Assembly: GCA_963749705.1 (NCBI GenBank)
Contig: CAVVNQ010000005.1
Location: forward strand, 1 to 51,445
DNA from: an uncultured Chloroflexia bacterium
Lineage (GTDB): Bacteria; Chloroflexota; Limnocylindria; Limnocylindrales; CSP1-4
Length of the DNA: 51,445 nt
Reading direction: 5' to 3'
The position numbers and the translations under genes were made by a program. Shown here in pieces: positions 39,654 to 49,728 of this stretch. Within the stretch, counting starts at the first letter, position 1. The number at the start of each line of letters is the position of its first letter. The notes under the pieces are model-generated. The model saw only the letters and a program-made list of their open reading frames with translations. It did not search any database and was not told where the DNA came from.

Positions 39654-40418
39654 ATGGCCATCCGGATCGTGGACGTGACCGACGAGGGCACGTTCAAGCG
39701 CCTCCCGCCGTGCGCCGACTCGCGCTTCGACCATCGCTCGTGCGACTACTGGGAGGAGGCTGACCGGGGCTCCAAGGCGATCCGGGCGGGCTGGCTGCCG
39801 GGGGCTGAGCCGCCCGCGGCGACGGCTCCGGCGCGACCTCGCAATCCGTTCGCGCTCGACGATGACGACGAGCCGGTCGCGAACCCGTTCGCGCCGACCC
39901 GAGGCGCGACGTACAACCCGTTCCTGGGCGACAACGATGGCCCGCAGGACAACCCGTTCGCGCCGCGCCCGCCGGCGCGCCCGCAGGTCGATCGGACGGC
40001 ACCGCCGAAGCTGCGCCTGCTCGGCCGCGGGCTGGGCGTGTTCGGCAGCTACGCCAAGATCCTGCTCGAGGACGACGATCCCGTCGGGTACGCGCAGTTC
40101 GGGCCGCTGTCCGCGTATCCGCGAGCCCTTCGGACACGCGATCTGTACCCCCGGCTCCCGGCCTCGCCGCTCCCCGCCGTGATCACGTGCATCGCGACCA
40201 CGTCCGAGGTGCGCTCGCGCGGGCTTGCCGCCATGCTCGTCGACGCGGTCTGCGACGACCTCGCCTCCCGGGGGTTCGCCGCGGTCGAGACGTATCCCGA
40301 GGTCGGCGCCCGGCCCGATGCCACCAGCGCCGCCGGGCCGGGGTTCTGGGAGCGGCTCGGCTTCGCGATCGCCGCCCCTGACGAGCGGTTCCCCGTCATG
40401 CGGCGGGAGCTCGGTTGA
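39654..40418 (+). CDS. GNAT-family acetyltransferase with an NPF-repeat insertion
   Basis: VGYAQFGP, VITCI, RSRGLA (AcCoA motif), AVETYP and FWERLGF. Confidence 0.8.
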   Translation: MAIRIVDVTDEGTFKRLPPCADSRFDHRSCDYWEEADRGSKAIRAGWLPGAEPPAATAPARPRNPFALDDDDEPVANPFAPTRGATYNPFLGDNDGPQDNPFAPRPPARPQVDRTAPPKLRLLGRGLGVFGSYAKILLEDDDPVGYAQFGPLSAYPRALRTRDLYPRLPASPLPAVITCIATTSEVRSRGLAAMLVDAVCDDLASRGFAAVETYPEVGARPDATSAAGPGFWERLGFAIAAPDERFPVMRRELG

Positions 40419-41047
40419 GGCCCGGCCCGGCCAGCCTGGGCGTCGCGGCGACGCTGCTGGCCGCGTTCGCCGTCGCCGCCTGCGGGGGTCCGTCGCCGAC
40501 CGCGTCGCCCGCGGCGAGCCAGCGCATCACCTCGACCCAGCCCGCCCCGACCGCGACGCCCGCGGACACGGCCGGCCCCGGCGCCTCGGGATCGGCCGCG
40601 GACCTGCCCTCCGACGATCCGTCGCTGCTGGCGCTGCTGCCGGCGACGATCGAGGACGTCGTGGTCACGGAGGAGCCCGAATCGTTCGCCGATGCAGTCG
40701 GCGACCCGGACTTCGTGGCCAGCGTCGAGGCGGCGGCGTTCCCGTTCGTGACGCAGTCCAGCGACCTCGCGTCGGGCGTCGTCGCGCGGCTGCGACCGGG
40801 CGTCTTCTCCGATGCGTTCTTCCGCGACTGGCGTGATTCCTACAACGCCGGGGCGTGCGCCCAGGCCGGCGGGGTGGTCGGCAACGCCGAGGCGGATCTG
40901 GGCGGCCGGACCGTGCACATCGCCAGCTGCGCCGGAGGGCTGCTCGTCTACCACGCCTACCTGCCCGGGCGAAACGTCCTCGTGTCCATGTTCTCGGTCG
41001 GCGAGCGCCGCTTCGGGGAGCAGCTGATGAGCGGGCTGCAACCGTGA
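40415..41047 (+). CDS. Putative lipoprotein
   Basis: Lipobox VAAC followed by a Ser/Pro/Ala linker. Confidence 0.7.
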   Translation: MRPGPASLGVAATLLAAFAVAACGGPSPTASPAASQRITSTQPAPTATPADTAGPGASGSAADLPSDDPSLLALLPATIEDVVVTEEPESFADAVGDPDFVASVEAAAFPFVTQSSDLASGVVARLRPGVFSDAFFRDWRDSYNAGACAQAGGVVGNAEADLGGRTVHIASCAGGLLVYHAYLPGRNVLVSMFSVGERRFGEQLMSGLQP

Positions 41048-41081
41048 CGGGCTCCGTGCGCCCCGACGTAGACTGCCCTGA

Positions 41082-42785
41082 GTGACGACCGAGACGCTCG
41101 ACTCCATGCCCAGCGGCGCGCGACCCGTGCGCGCCCCCCACGGCACCACCCTGACCGCCCGCGGCTGGCAGCAGGAGGCCGTGCTGCGGATGCTGATGAA
41201 CAACCTCGACCCCGAGGTCGCCGAGAACCCCGACGAGCTGGTGGTGTACGGCGGCACGGGCCGGGCGGCGCGCAGCTGGGACGCCTTCGACGCCATCGTC
41301 CGCGAGCTGCGCGCGCTGGGCGACGACGAGACGCTGCTGGTCCAGAGCGGCAAGCCCGTGGCCGTGTTCCGGACCCATGAGTGGGCGCCCCGCGTCCTCA
41401 TCGCCAACTCCAACCTGGTCGGCAAGTGGGCGAACTGGGACACCTTCCGGGAGCTCGAGCGGCAGGGCCTGACGATGTACGGCCAGATGACCGCCGGGTC
41501 CTGGATCTACATCGGCACCCAGGGGATCCTCCAGGGCACGTATGAGACCTTCGCGGAGCTGGCCCGCCAGCATTTCGATGGCTCGCTGCGCGGTCGCGTG
41601 GTGCTCACCGCCGGCCTGGGCGGCATGGGTGGTGCCCAGCCGTTGGCGGTGACGATGAACGAGGGGGTGTGCATCGCGATCGAGGTCGACGAGGCGCGGG
41701 CGCGCCGTCGCCACGAGATCGGCTACGTGGAGCGCTTCACGCACTCGCCGCAGGAGGCCCTGGCGATGGCCCGCCAGGCGGCGGAGGCCGGCGATCCGCT
41801 GTCGATCGCGCTGGTGGGGAACGCCGCCGAGATCGAGCCGGCATGGGCAAAGGGCGGCGAGCGGTTCGATGTCGTCACCGACCAGACCTCGGCACACGAC
41901 GCGCTCAGCGGCTACGTGCCCGCGGAGCTGACGCTCCACGATGCGCACGTCCTCCGGATCAGCGAACCTGACGTGTACATCCGGCGGTCGATGCGCTCGA
42001 TGGCGGAGCACGTCCGGGCGATCCTGGCGTTCCAGGCCGCCGGCGCCGTCGCCTTCGACTACGGCAACAACCTCAGGGCGCAGGCGCAGGACGCGGGCGT
42101 CGCCAACGCATTCGACTACCCGGGGTTCGTGCCGGCCTTCATCCGCCCCCTGTTCTGCGAGGGCAAGGGACCGTTCCGCTGGGTCGCGCTGTCGGGTGAT
42201 CCGGCCGACATCCGCCGGACGGACGAGGCGATGCTCGAGCTGTTCCCCCACGACCGCGCGCTCCGGCGGTGGCTGGAGCTGGCCGAGGCCAAGGTCCCGT
42301 TCCAGGGGTTGCCCGCCCGCATCTGCTGGCTGGGCTACGGCGACCGCGCGAAGGCCGGGCTGCGGTTCAACGAGCTCGTTGCGACGGGGGCGGTGCGCGC
42401 CCCGATCGTCATCGGGCGGGACCACCTCGACGCCGGCTCGGTCGCCTCGCCCAACCGCGAGACCGAGGCGATGCGGGACGGGTCGGACGCCATCGCCGAC
42501 TGGCCGCTGCTCAATGCGCTGGTCAACACCGCCGCCGGCGCGACCTGGGTCTCGATCCACCACGGCGGCGGGACCGGGATCGGGTACTCGCAGCACGCGG
42601 GGATGGTCGTGGTCGCGGACGGCACGGAGCTGGCCGCTCGCAAGCTGGAGCGCGTGCTGGCCACGGACCCGGGCATGGGGGTGGCACGCCATGTCGATGC
42701 CGGGTACGAGCGGGCGATCGAGGTCGCCCGCGAGCGCGGCGTCCACGTTCCGATGTTGCGCGACGACGACGACCAGCAGCGCTGA
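41082..42785 (+). CDS. hutU: Urocanate hydratase
   Basis: [31 protein letters not shown] and GRDHLD. Confidence 0.98.
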   Translation: MTTETLDSMPSGARPVRAPHGTTLTARGWQQEAVLRMLMNNLDPEVAENPDELVVYGGTGRAARSWDAFDAIVRELRALGDDETLLVQSGKPVAVFRTHEWAPRVLIANSNLVGKWANWDTFRELERQGLTMYGQMTAGSWIYIGTQGILQGTYETFAELARQHFDGSLRGRVVLTAGLGGMGGAQPLAVTMNEGVCIAIEVDEARARRRHEIGYVERFTHSPQEALAMARQAAEAGDPLSIALVGNAAEIEPAWAKGGERFDVVTDQTSAHDALSGYVPAELTLHDAHVLRISEPDVYIRRSMRSMAEHVRAILAFQAAGAVAFDYGNNLRAQAQDAGVANAFDYPGFVPAFIRPLFCEGKGPFRWVALSGDPADIRRTDEAMLELFPHDRALRRWLELAEAKVPFQGLPARICWLGYGDRAKAGLRFNELVATGAVRAPIVIGRDHLDAGSVASPNRETEAMRDGSDAIADWPLLNALVNTAAGATWVSIHHGGGTGIGYSQHAGMVVVADGTELAARKLERVLATDPGMGVARHVDAGYERAIEVARERGVHVPMLRDDDDQQR

Positions 42786-42885
42786 CCGACGAGCTCGCCG
42801 ACCGACGACCAGCCGCCCTTCGTCGCTGCCGCGCCGGTCGCGGGATCGAGGCGCGGCACCCCGGTCGCTTCGCTAGCATCAGGAC

Positions 42886-43860
42886 GTGCTCGTCGAAAGC
42901 GTGCCCAACGTCTCGGAAGGCCGGCGCCTCGACGTGGTGGAGCGCCTCGTGAGCGCCGTCGCCTCCGTGCCCGGGGTGTTCCTGCTCGATCGCACCTCCG
43001 ATGCCAGCCACAACCGGAGCGTGATCACCGTGGCCGGCGAGCATGACGCGGTGTCCGACGGCCTCGAGCGGCTCATCGCCCAGGCCATCGAGGACATCGA
43101 CATGGAGGCCCACACCGGCGAGCACCCGAGGATCGGTGCGGTCGACGTGATCCCGTTCGTGCCGCTCGGCGACACGACCATCGACGACTGCATCGATCTC
43201 GCGCGGACGTTCGGCGAGCGGGCGGCCGCCCGGTTCGGGATGCCGGTCTTCCTGTACGCCGCCGCGGCGACCCGGGGGGATCGCGTCAAGCTCGCGGATG
43301 TGCGCCGCGGCCAGTACGAGGGCCTGCGGTCCGAGATCGCCAACAACGGCCGGCAGCCGGACTTCGGGCCGTCCCGGATGCACGCACGGGCGGGCGCCGT
43401 CGCGGTCGGGGCGCGACCGTTCCTCATCGCCTGGAACATCAACCTTGCATCGGATGACGTGGAGCTTGCCAAGCGGATCGCCAGGCGCGTCCGCGAATTG
43501 GGCGGCGGCCTGCCGCGCGTCCAGGCAAACGGCTTCCGGGTCGAGGAGCCCGAGCGCGGCCACCCGGTCCGGGCCCAGGTGTCGATGAACCTGCTCGACT
43601 TCCGAACGACGCCCCTGTGGCAGGCATGGGAGGCGGTGGGCGAGCTGGCGGCCGAGGATGGGGTCGAGCTCGCAGAGTCCGAGCTGATCGGGCTTGCGCC
43701 GCTGGCCGCGTTCCTCGACGTCGCCGATCGGGCAGGCACCCCGGGCGACGCGCCGACCGCCGATCGTCTCGCCGCCGCGGCCCGTGCGATCCGGCTCCGC
43801 GACTTCTCCCCGCTGATGGCGCTCGAGCTCCGGCTCGACGCCGCGCGCGGCCCGGGATGA
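42886..43860 (+). CDS. ftcD: Glutamate formimidoyltransferase
   Basis: VESVPNVSEGR, HNRSVIT, HPRIGAVDVIPF and QVSMNL. Confidence 0.93.
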   Translation: MLVESVPNVSEGRRLDVVERLVSAVASVPGVFLLDRTSDASHNRSVITVAGEHDAVSDGLERLIAQAIEDIDMEAHTGEHPRIGAVDVIPFVPLGDTTIDDCIDLARTFGERAAARFGMPVFLYAAAATRGDRVKLADVRRGQYEGLRSEIANNGRQPDFGPSRMHARAGAVAVGARPFLIAWNINLASDDVELAKRIARRVRELGGGLPRVQANGFRVEEPERGHPVRAQVSMNLLDFRTTPLWQAWEAVGELAAEDGVELAESELIGLAPLAAFLDVADRAGTPGDAPTADRLAAAARAIRLRDFSPLMALELRLDAARGPG

Positions 43861-45224
43861 GCCTGCGGCTGATCGAGGGTGGTCGGGGCAGCGCCGATGC
43901 TCCGGGGCTGCTGATCCACGGGGCGTCGCAGGTTGCCACGCTGGCCGGGGGCCTCCGGCGCGGCGAGCGGCAGGGCGACCTCGCGTTGCTCGATGCCGCC
44001 GATGCCGGCGGGCCGGGCTCACCGGGCGCCCCCGTGGTTGCCTGCTGGGACGGCCGCGTCGTGGGGGTCGGGCCTCGCGACCGCGTGGAGCATGGCCTGG
44101 AGCTGGGCGGCTACTCCCTGGCAAGGTTCGTGCGGCTCGATGCGGCGGGTGGCGTGGTGACGCCGGGGCTGGTCGATCCGCACACGCATCTGCTGTTCGC
44201 CGGCACGCGCGAGGGCGAGCTGCGGCTCCGCCAGCAGGGCGCGGGCTACCTGGAGATCCTGGCCGCGGGCGGCGGCATCCTGTCGACGGTTGCGGCCACC
44301 CGCGCCGCGTCGAGCGAGCAGCTCGCCCAGCACGGCCGCCGGTGGCTGGACGAGATGGCCCGCCACGGCGTCACCACCATCGAGGCGAAATCCGGCTATG
44401 GCCTCGATCTCGCCACCGAGCTGCGGCTGCTCGAGATCGCGTTCCAGCTCGGCCGCGAGGGACCGGTGGACGTCATCCCGACGTTCCTCGGGGCGCACGC
44501 CGTGCCCGAGGAGTACCGGTCGCGGCCCGACGGGACGGAGGCGTACGTCCGATCCGTCATCGAGGACCAGCTGCCGGGTGTGGCGGCGCAGGGCCGAGCG
44601 CGGTCGTGCGACGTGTTCTGCGAGCAGGGCGTGTTCTCCGCGGAGCAGAGCCGGCGGATCCTCAACGCGGCCGCCGGCTACGGGATGACGGTCCGCCTCC
44701 ACGCCGACGAGCTGGCGCCGTCCGGCGGGGCAGAGCTGGCGGCGGAGCTGGGTGCGCTGTCCGCGGACCACCTCCACGCGCCCAGCGATGCGGGGATCGC
44801 CGCCCTGGCCGCCGTCGCGGACGGACCGCGCCCGACCGTCGCGACGCTGCTGCCCGGGACGACCTGGTTCCTCATGGCCGATGATGCCGCACCCGCGCGC
44901 CGGTTCATCGAGGCCGGAGTCCCGGTCGCGCTGGGCACGGACTTCAACCCGGGCACCTCGCCGAACCCGAACCTGCCGCTGGTGATGACGGTGGCCTGCC
45001 TGGAGATGAAGCTGTCACCGGCCGAGGCGCTGGCCGCGGTCACCATCAACGCCGCCTACGCGGCCGGCGTCGGCGAGGAGGTCGGGTCGCTCGAGCCCGG
45101 CAAGGCCGCCGACGTCGTGGTCTGGCGGGCGACGACGGTCGACCAGCTGCCCTACTGGGTGGGCGCGGATCTCGCGGACGTCGTGGTCAAGCGAGGGCGC
45201 GTGGTGTACCGCCGCGGGACGTAA
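43857..45224 (+). CDS. hutI: Imidazolonepropionase
   Basis: PGLVDPHTH, EAKSGYGL, DVFCE, LHADE and GTDFNPG. Confidence 0.96.
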   Translation: MSLRLIEGGRGSADAPGLLIHGASQVATLAGGLRRGERQGDLALLDAADAGGPGSPGAPVVACWDGRVVGVGPRDRVEHGLELGGYSLARFVRLDAAGGVVTPGLVDPHTHLLFAGTREGELRLRQQGAGYLEILAAGGGILSTVAATRAASSEQLAQHGRRWLDEMARHGVTTIEAKSGYGLDLATELRLLEIAFQLGREGPVDVIPTFLGAHAVPEEYRSRPDGTEAYVRSVIEDQLPGVAAQGRARSCDVFCEQGVFSAEQSRRILNAAAGYGMTVRLHADELAPSGGAELAAELGALSADHLHAPSDAGIAALAAVADGPRPTVATLLPGTTWFLMADDAAPARRFIEAGVPVALGTDFNPGTSPNPNLPLVMTVACLEMKLSPAEALAAVTINAAYAAGVGEEVGSLEPGKAADVVVWRATTVDQLPYWVGADLADVVVKRGRVVYRRGT

Positions 45225-45292
45225 CAGTCCAGCGCATGGTCCAGCCGATGGCCCCGGCGGCGAGCGGTCCGGCCCGCTCCCGAGCGCGGGCG

Positions 45293-45964
45293 TCAGACCT
45301 TCCCGCGTGACTCCAGGGTCACGGTCGTGGTCTCCGCCGGCAGGCTGGTGGCCGTGACCGACAGCTTGGCCTGCGCGACCGGCTCGGCGCCCATCTCGTG
45401 GAGGAACTTGGCGAGCGCCTCGGCGCAGTCCGACTCCTCCTCGCACACGGGCATGGGCACCACGATCTTGGGGTCCAGCTGGGCGACCACCGCCGCCGCC
45501 CTGGTCGCCGAGAGCGCGCCACCGATCGGCACGCAGACGATCGCCACCCGACCCACATCGCCGAGCTTCTCCTCGCTCAGCTCGTGGCCGATGTCGCCGA
45601 GGTGGAAGACGTGGATGCCGTCGACCTCGATCATGAAGGCGGTCTGGCGCCCACGCTCCGAGCCCTTGGCATCGTCACGGTAGGTGCGCACCCCGGTCAG
45701 CAGGACATCGTGGACCTCGTACTCGCCGGGGCCGTCCAGCACGAACGCCGACTCGAGGCTGGTCGGGATCGCAGTACCGCCGTCGCGCGAGAGCCGAACC
45801 GGCTTCCTGGGCAGCGGGCTGTCATCCGGGTGGCTGAAGGTGATGACGTCGCCGGTGATGCCGCGACCGGTCGGGCCGACGATCGATGGGTAGGGATCGG
45901 CCACGACGACGGCATCCTTGCCGCGCAGCCGGATGCAGGTTCGTCCGTACCAGGTGAGCTCCAT
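45293..45964 (-). CDS. MBL-fold protein with a degenerate metal motif
   Basis: MELTWYG...DPY, GPGEYE, HLGDIGH and PKIVVPM. Confidence 0.8.
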   Translation of the reverse strand: MELTWYGRTCIRLRGKDAVVVADPYPSIVGPTGRGITGDVITFSHPDDSPLPRKPVRLSRDGGTAIPTSLESAFVLDGPGEYEVHDVLLTGVRTYRDDAKGSERGRQTAFMIEVDGIHVFHLGDIGHELSEEKLGDVGRVAIVCVPIGGALSATRAAAVVAQLDPKIVVPMPVCEEESDCAEALAKFLHEMGAEPVAQAKLSVTATSLPAETTTVTLESRGKV

Positions 45965-45967
45965 CCC

Positions 45968-46192
45968 TCAATTCTTGCACAGCCCACTTGCCGGGGCCTG
46001 CCGCCGGCGCGGGGCTGATCGGCCGGTACGGGGCTGATCGGCCGGTACGGGGCTCGACGGGCCGGCACGCCTCCGGCGGCGTGGTCGCGGGTCCTCCGTC
46101 GCCATGCCGGGAAAAGGAAGGACCGGAGACGCCTGCCCAATCGGCGCCTCCGGTCCCGAGGGAGGGAGGATGGAACCTGAGGGGTGTTCCAT
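45968..46192 (-). CDS. Possible small leaderless ORF (74 aa)
   Basis: TAAGGT 5 nt before the ATG. No recognisable domain. Confidence 0.25.
   Translation of the reverse strand: MEHPSGSILPPSGPEAPIGQASPVLPFPGMATEDPRPRRRRRAGPSSPVPADQPRTGRSAPRRRQAPASGLCKN
46011..46068 (+). repeat. 19-bp tandem repeat GGGGCTGATCGGCCGGTAC x2 plus a degenerate third copy
   Basis: Read directly from the sequence. Confidence 0.8.
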
Positions 46193-46315
46193 GACGAACC
46201 TTAGCCAGACCCGGATTCAAGCCAGAGCCTGCAGACGGTTAAGAAACGGACATCCGGGTCATCGGTCCTCGCCCTCGAACGGATATCCGGCGATCCGCAT
46301 GGCAGAATCCCGCCG

Positions 46316-47632
46316 ATGGCAATCCCCGGAACCCGCTCGGCCGGCGCGGCGCTGCTGGCCGTCACCGTGCTCGTCGCCGCCTGCGGCGGACCCAGCCCCA
46401 CCGGCACCCCGTCGGCGAGCCCCGCCGCGCCGACGGCGATCCCGGAGGCCAGCGCCACCCCGGCGGCGGGCGGATCCGCGACACCGGCGGCAAGCGACGC
46501 CAACGCCGCCCTGTACGCGAAGATCGAGGCGCAGGTCGTCCAGCTGCGAGGCCTCCAGCCCACGGCGCCCGTGACCCGCGACGTGCTCGATGAGGCCGGG
46601 CTTCGCGCCTACCTCGAGAAGAGCTTCGCCGAGGACAACCCCGCCTCGCTGGTCGCGAGCACCGAGACCCTGTACAAGGCCCTGCTGCTGATGCCGCCCG
46701 ACGCGTCGCTCGAGAACCTCTACATCGAGCTGCTGACGAGCCAGGTCGCCGGCCTGTACGACGACAAGACCAAGCAGATGTACGTGGTGTCGCAGTCGGG
46801 CGCGATCGGGCCGGCCGAGGAGATGACCTATGCCCACGAGTACACGCATGCCCTCCAGGACCAGCACTTTGGGCTGCGATCGGTCGTCGGCGAGGCGAAG
46901 GACCAGGGTGACCGGACGCTGGCACGGACGACCCTCGTGGAGGGTGACGCAACGCTGCTCATGGGCCTCTGGGCCCAGGCGAACCTCACCCCGGCGGAGC
47001 TCGGCCAGGTCGCAACCGCATCCGATCCGGCGTCCGAGGCCGTGCTGGCCAAGATGCCCGCGATCCTGCGTGAGACGCTGCTCTTCCCCTACAACTCAGG
47101 GATCACGCTGGCGTTCGGCGACTTCCAGCGTGGAGGGTTCGGCGCCGTCGACGACCGGTTCTCGAGCCCGCCGGATTCGACGGAGCAGATCCTCCACGCG
47201 GACAAGCTCGCGGCCGCCGAGAAGCCGATCGCGGTCACGTTCCCCGGCGACCTTGCGAGCCGCCTGGGCGAGGGCTGGAAGGTGTCGATGCAGGACACGC
47301 TGGGGGAGTTCCAGCTCGGCATCCTGCTCCGTGACGCCGGCGGGGTGACGGCCTCCGTGGCATCGGCCGCGGCCGCCGGCTGGGGCGGTGACCGGGTCGC
47401 GCTGGTCGAGGGGCCGGCCGGGGCGACGGGCGTGGTGCTCGACACGGCCTGGGACACGAACACGGACGCGACCGAGTTCTCGGCCGCGCTCGCGGGCCTC
47501 GTCGGCAAGCTGAACGCGGCCGGTCGGAGCGCGATGGTCCTCAACCCGGCGCCCGATCGCGTGGTCCTCATCACCGCCGGGTCGGATGCGACGACCAGCC
47601 TGCTGGCCAACGTCCTGGGCCTGGCCGGGTAG
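46316..47632 (+). CDS. Lipoprotein, putative zinc metallopeptidase
   Basis: Lipobox VAAC, AHEYTHALQDQHF (HExxH), LVEGDA (third ligand) and PPDSTEQILH. Confidence 0.8.
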   Translation: MAIPGTRSAGAALLAVTVLVAACGGPSPTGTPSASPAAPTAIPEASATPAAGGSATPAASDANAALYAKIEAQVVQLRGLQPTAPVTRDVLDEAGLRAYLEKSFAEDNPASLVASTETLYKALLLMPPDASLENLYIELLTSQVAGLYDDKTKQMYVVSQSGAIGPAEEMTYAHEYTHALQDQHFGLRSVVGEAKDQGDRTLARTTLVEGDATLLMGLWAQANLTPAELGQVATASDPASEAVLAKMPAILRETLLFPYNSGITLAFGDFQRGGFGAVDDRFSSPPDSTEQILHADKLAAAEKPIAVTFPGDLASRLGEGWKVSMQDTLGEFQLGILLRDAGGVTASVASAAAAGWGGDRVALVEGPAGATGVVLDTAWDTNTDATEFSAALAGLVGKLNAAGRSAMVLNPAPDRVVLITAGSDATTSLLANVLGLAG

Positions 47633-47694
47633 ATCCCGGCTGGCCGGAATCTCGCGGTCTCGCGGGTCGGGCCAAGGGGCGCAGCCCGCGAGCC

Positions 47695-49398
47695 CTACAT
47701 CGACTCGGGTGCCGAGATCCCCAGCAATGCCAACGCGTTCGCCAGCGTCGTCTTGGTCGCCGTCGCCAGTGCGAGCCGCCTGGCAGAGCGCTCCGGCTCG
47801 TCGGGATCGACGACGCGGGCGTCGCGGTAGAACGCGTGGAACTGCGTTGCGAGGTCGGTCGCGTAGGCGGTGATCCCCTGGGTCTCCTCGGCCCGGACCG
47901 CGTCCTCGACGACCTCCGGGAAGCGGGCCACGACGCGCACCAGGGCCGCCTCGGCCGGACCGCCCAGCAGCCCCGCAACGTCGTTCGCCGGCGCCATCCC
48001 GCTCTCGGCGGCGCGACGCAGGATCGAGGCGATCCGGGCATGCGCGTACTGGACGTAGTAGACCGGGTTCTCGGCCGACTGCTTCCGCGCCAGCTCGATG
48101 TCGAAGTCGATCTCCACGTGGGCGGCTCGCGACGCGAAGAACCATCGGGCGGCATCCGTCCCGACCGCGTCCAGCAGGTCGTCGAGGGTCACGAACGTCC
48201 CGGCGCGCTTGGACATCGAGACCTCGACGCCCTCGGCGACGAAGCGCACCCAGCCGATCAGCAGGACCTGGTAGCGATCGGGGTCGTAGCCCATGGCCTG
48301 GGCGGCATTCTTGTTGCGAGCCACCGTGCCGTGGTGGTCCACGCCCCACACGTAGATCAGGTGGTCGAAGCCACGGCTGAGCTTCTCCGTCACGTATCCG
48401 ATGTCGGCCGCGAAGTAGGTCGGGCGCCCGTCTGACCGGAAGATCACGCGATCCTTGTCGTCGCCGAACGTCGTGGACCGGAACCAGGTCGCGCCATCCT
48501 GCTCGTAGACGTGTCCGGCCGCGCGGAGCCGGTCGACGGCCCTGGTCACCCAGCCCTCGTCGTGGAGCGACGCCTCGCTCTTCCACACGTCGAAGCGCAC
48601 GCCGAGGCGTGCGAGCGATGCCTCGATGCCCAGGCGGACACGAGCGCTTGCCCAGCGCCCGACGACATCGGGCCCATCGGCGCCCGGGGCGGTGGCCGCG
48701 GACCACACGTCGTCCGGCAACGCGCGCGCGAGGTCCTCGACGTACGCTCCCTTGTAGCCGTCCTCGGGCACCGGCTCGCCGCGCCGGCTCGCGATGACCG
48801 AGGCGCCGAGGTGCCCGACCTGCGCACCGGAGTCGTTGAAGTAGTACTCGCGGGTCACCTGCTGGCCGCCGGCCTCGAGGACCCGACACAGCAGGTCCCC
48901 CACGAACGCGCCGCGGGCGTTGCCGACGGTGAGCGGGCCGGTGGGGTTGGCCGACACGAACTCGACGTTGACCCGGCGCGGGTTGACTGCGGGAATGCGG
49001 CCCCACGTGGTCGGAGCCGCGAGGATCCCGGCGACGACCTCCTCGTACGCGGCGTCGGCGACGCGCACGTTGAGGAACCCCGGGCGAGCGACGTCGACGC
49101 CGGCGATGAGCCCGGGACTGGCGGCTGCGCCGGCGCGGAGCGCCTCGGCGAGAGCCTCCGCGATCGCCAGCGGCGGCCGGCGCAGCGGGCGCGCGAGCTT
49201 CATCGCGAGGTTGCTCGCCAGGTCACCGAATGCCGCGTTCGCGGGCCGCTCCACCTCGATGGCCGGCGTCTCCGCGTCATCGCCGACGGCGGGCATCCGG
49301 CCGGCCTCGACCGCGTCCGCCCACGCCCGGCCGATGGCGTCCGCAACGCGCGCGCGCACGGGTGCGATCGATCCGGATGGGTCGAGCTCAGCGGGCAC
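47695..49398 (-). CDS. argS: Arginine--tRNA ligase
   Basis: VEFVSANPTGPLTVGN (HIGH variant), REYYFND, MSKRAG and NPVYYVQYAHAR. AGGAGG RBS. Confidence 0.97.
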   Translation of the reverse strand: MPAELDPSGSIAPVRARVADAIGRAWADAVEAGRMPAVGDDAETPAIEVERPANAAFGDLASNLAMKLARPLRRPPLAIAEALAEALRAGAAASPGLIAGVDVARPGFLNVRVADAAYEEVVAGILAAPTTWGRIPAVNPRRVNVEFVSANPTGPLTVGNARGAFVGDLLCRVLEAGGQQVTREYYFNDSGAQVGHLGASVIASRRGEPVPEDGYKGAYVEDLARALPDDVWSAATAPGADGPDVVGRWASARVRLGIEASLARLGVRFDVWKSEASLHDEGWVTRAVDRLRAAGHVYEQDGATWFRSTTFGDDKDRVIFRSDGRPTYFAADIGYVTEKLSRGFDHLIYVWGVDHHGTVARNKNAAQAMGYDPDRYQVLLIGWVRFVAEGVEVSMSKRAGTFVTLDDLLDAVGTDAARWFFASRAAHVEIDFDIELARKQSAENPVYYVQYAHARIASILRRAAESGMAPANDVAGLLGGPAEAALVRVVARFPEVVEDAVRAEETQGITAYATDLATQFHAFYRDARVVDPDEPERSARRLALATATKTTLANALALLGISAPESM

Positions 49399-49728
49399 GG
49401 GTCCTCCTGGAAGTCGGGTTGGGGTCCTGACATCGTAGCGGGTCCCCGATCAGGACCCCGGTACCAGGACCAGCGGTGCCGCGCGGCACCGAAATCGGTG
49501 CTGAACGGGGTGTCGTCCAGTGGACATCTGGCCCATTGGGGCTAGTCAGGGCCAGATGGTGCTAGTACCTTTATCGGCCCTCGCCAAGTACTGTGCGAGA
49601 GGTCTGGAGCCACGTCCCCCATTCATTCGGGACGGTCCTCCGGAATGAACTCATCCGCCGGTTACGGCGGCACTCAGGGGAGAACGGCGCTATCGCCGCT
49701 TTCGCGTCCTTACCGGGAGGTTCGGGGA

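Noticed and set aside
32562-42746. Long antisense ORFs (e.g. 32562..34463, 40665..42746)
   Set aside because: These are shadow ORFs typical of high-GC DNA opposite well-supported genes.
46011-46068. CRISPR array
   Set aside because: The repeats are directly adjacent with no spacers, and there are no cas genes.
49421-49720. Riboswitch upstream of the surface protein (several inverted repeats)
   Set aside because: No recognisable aptamer consensus, and hairpins are expected at this GC content.
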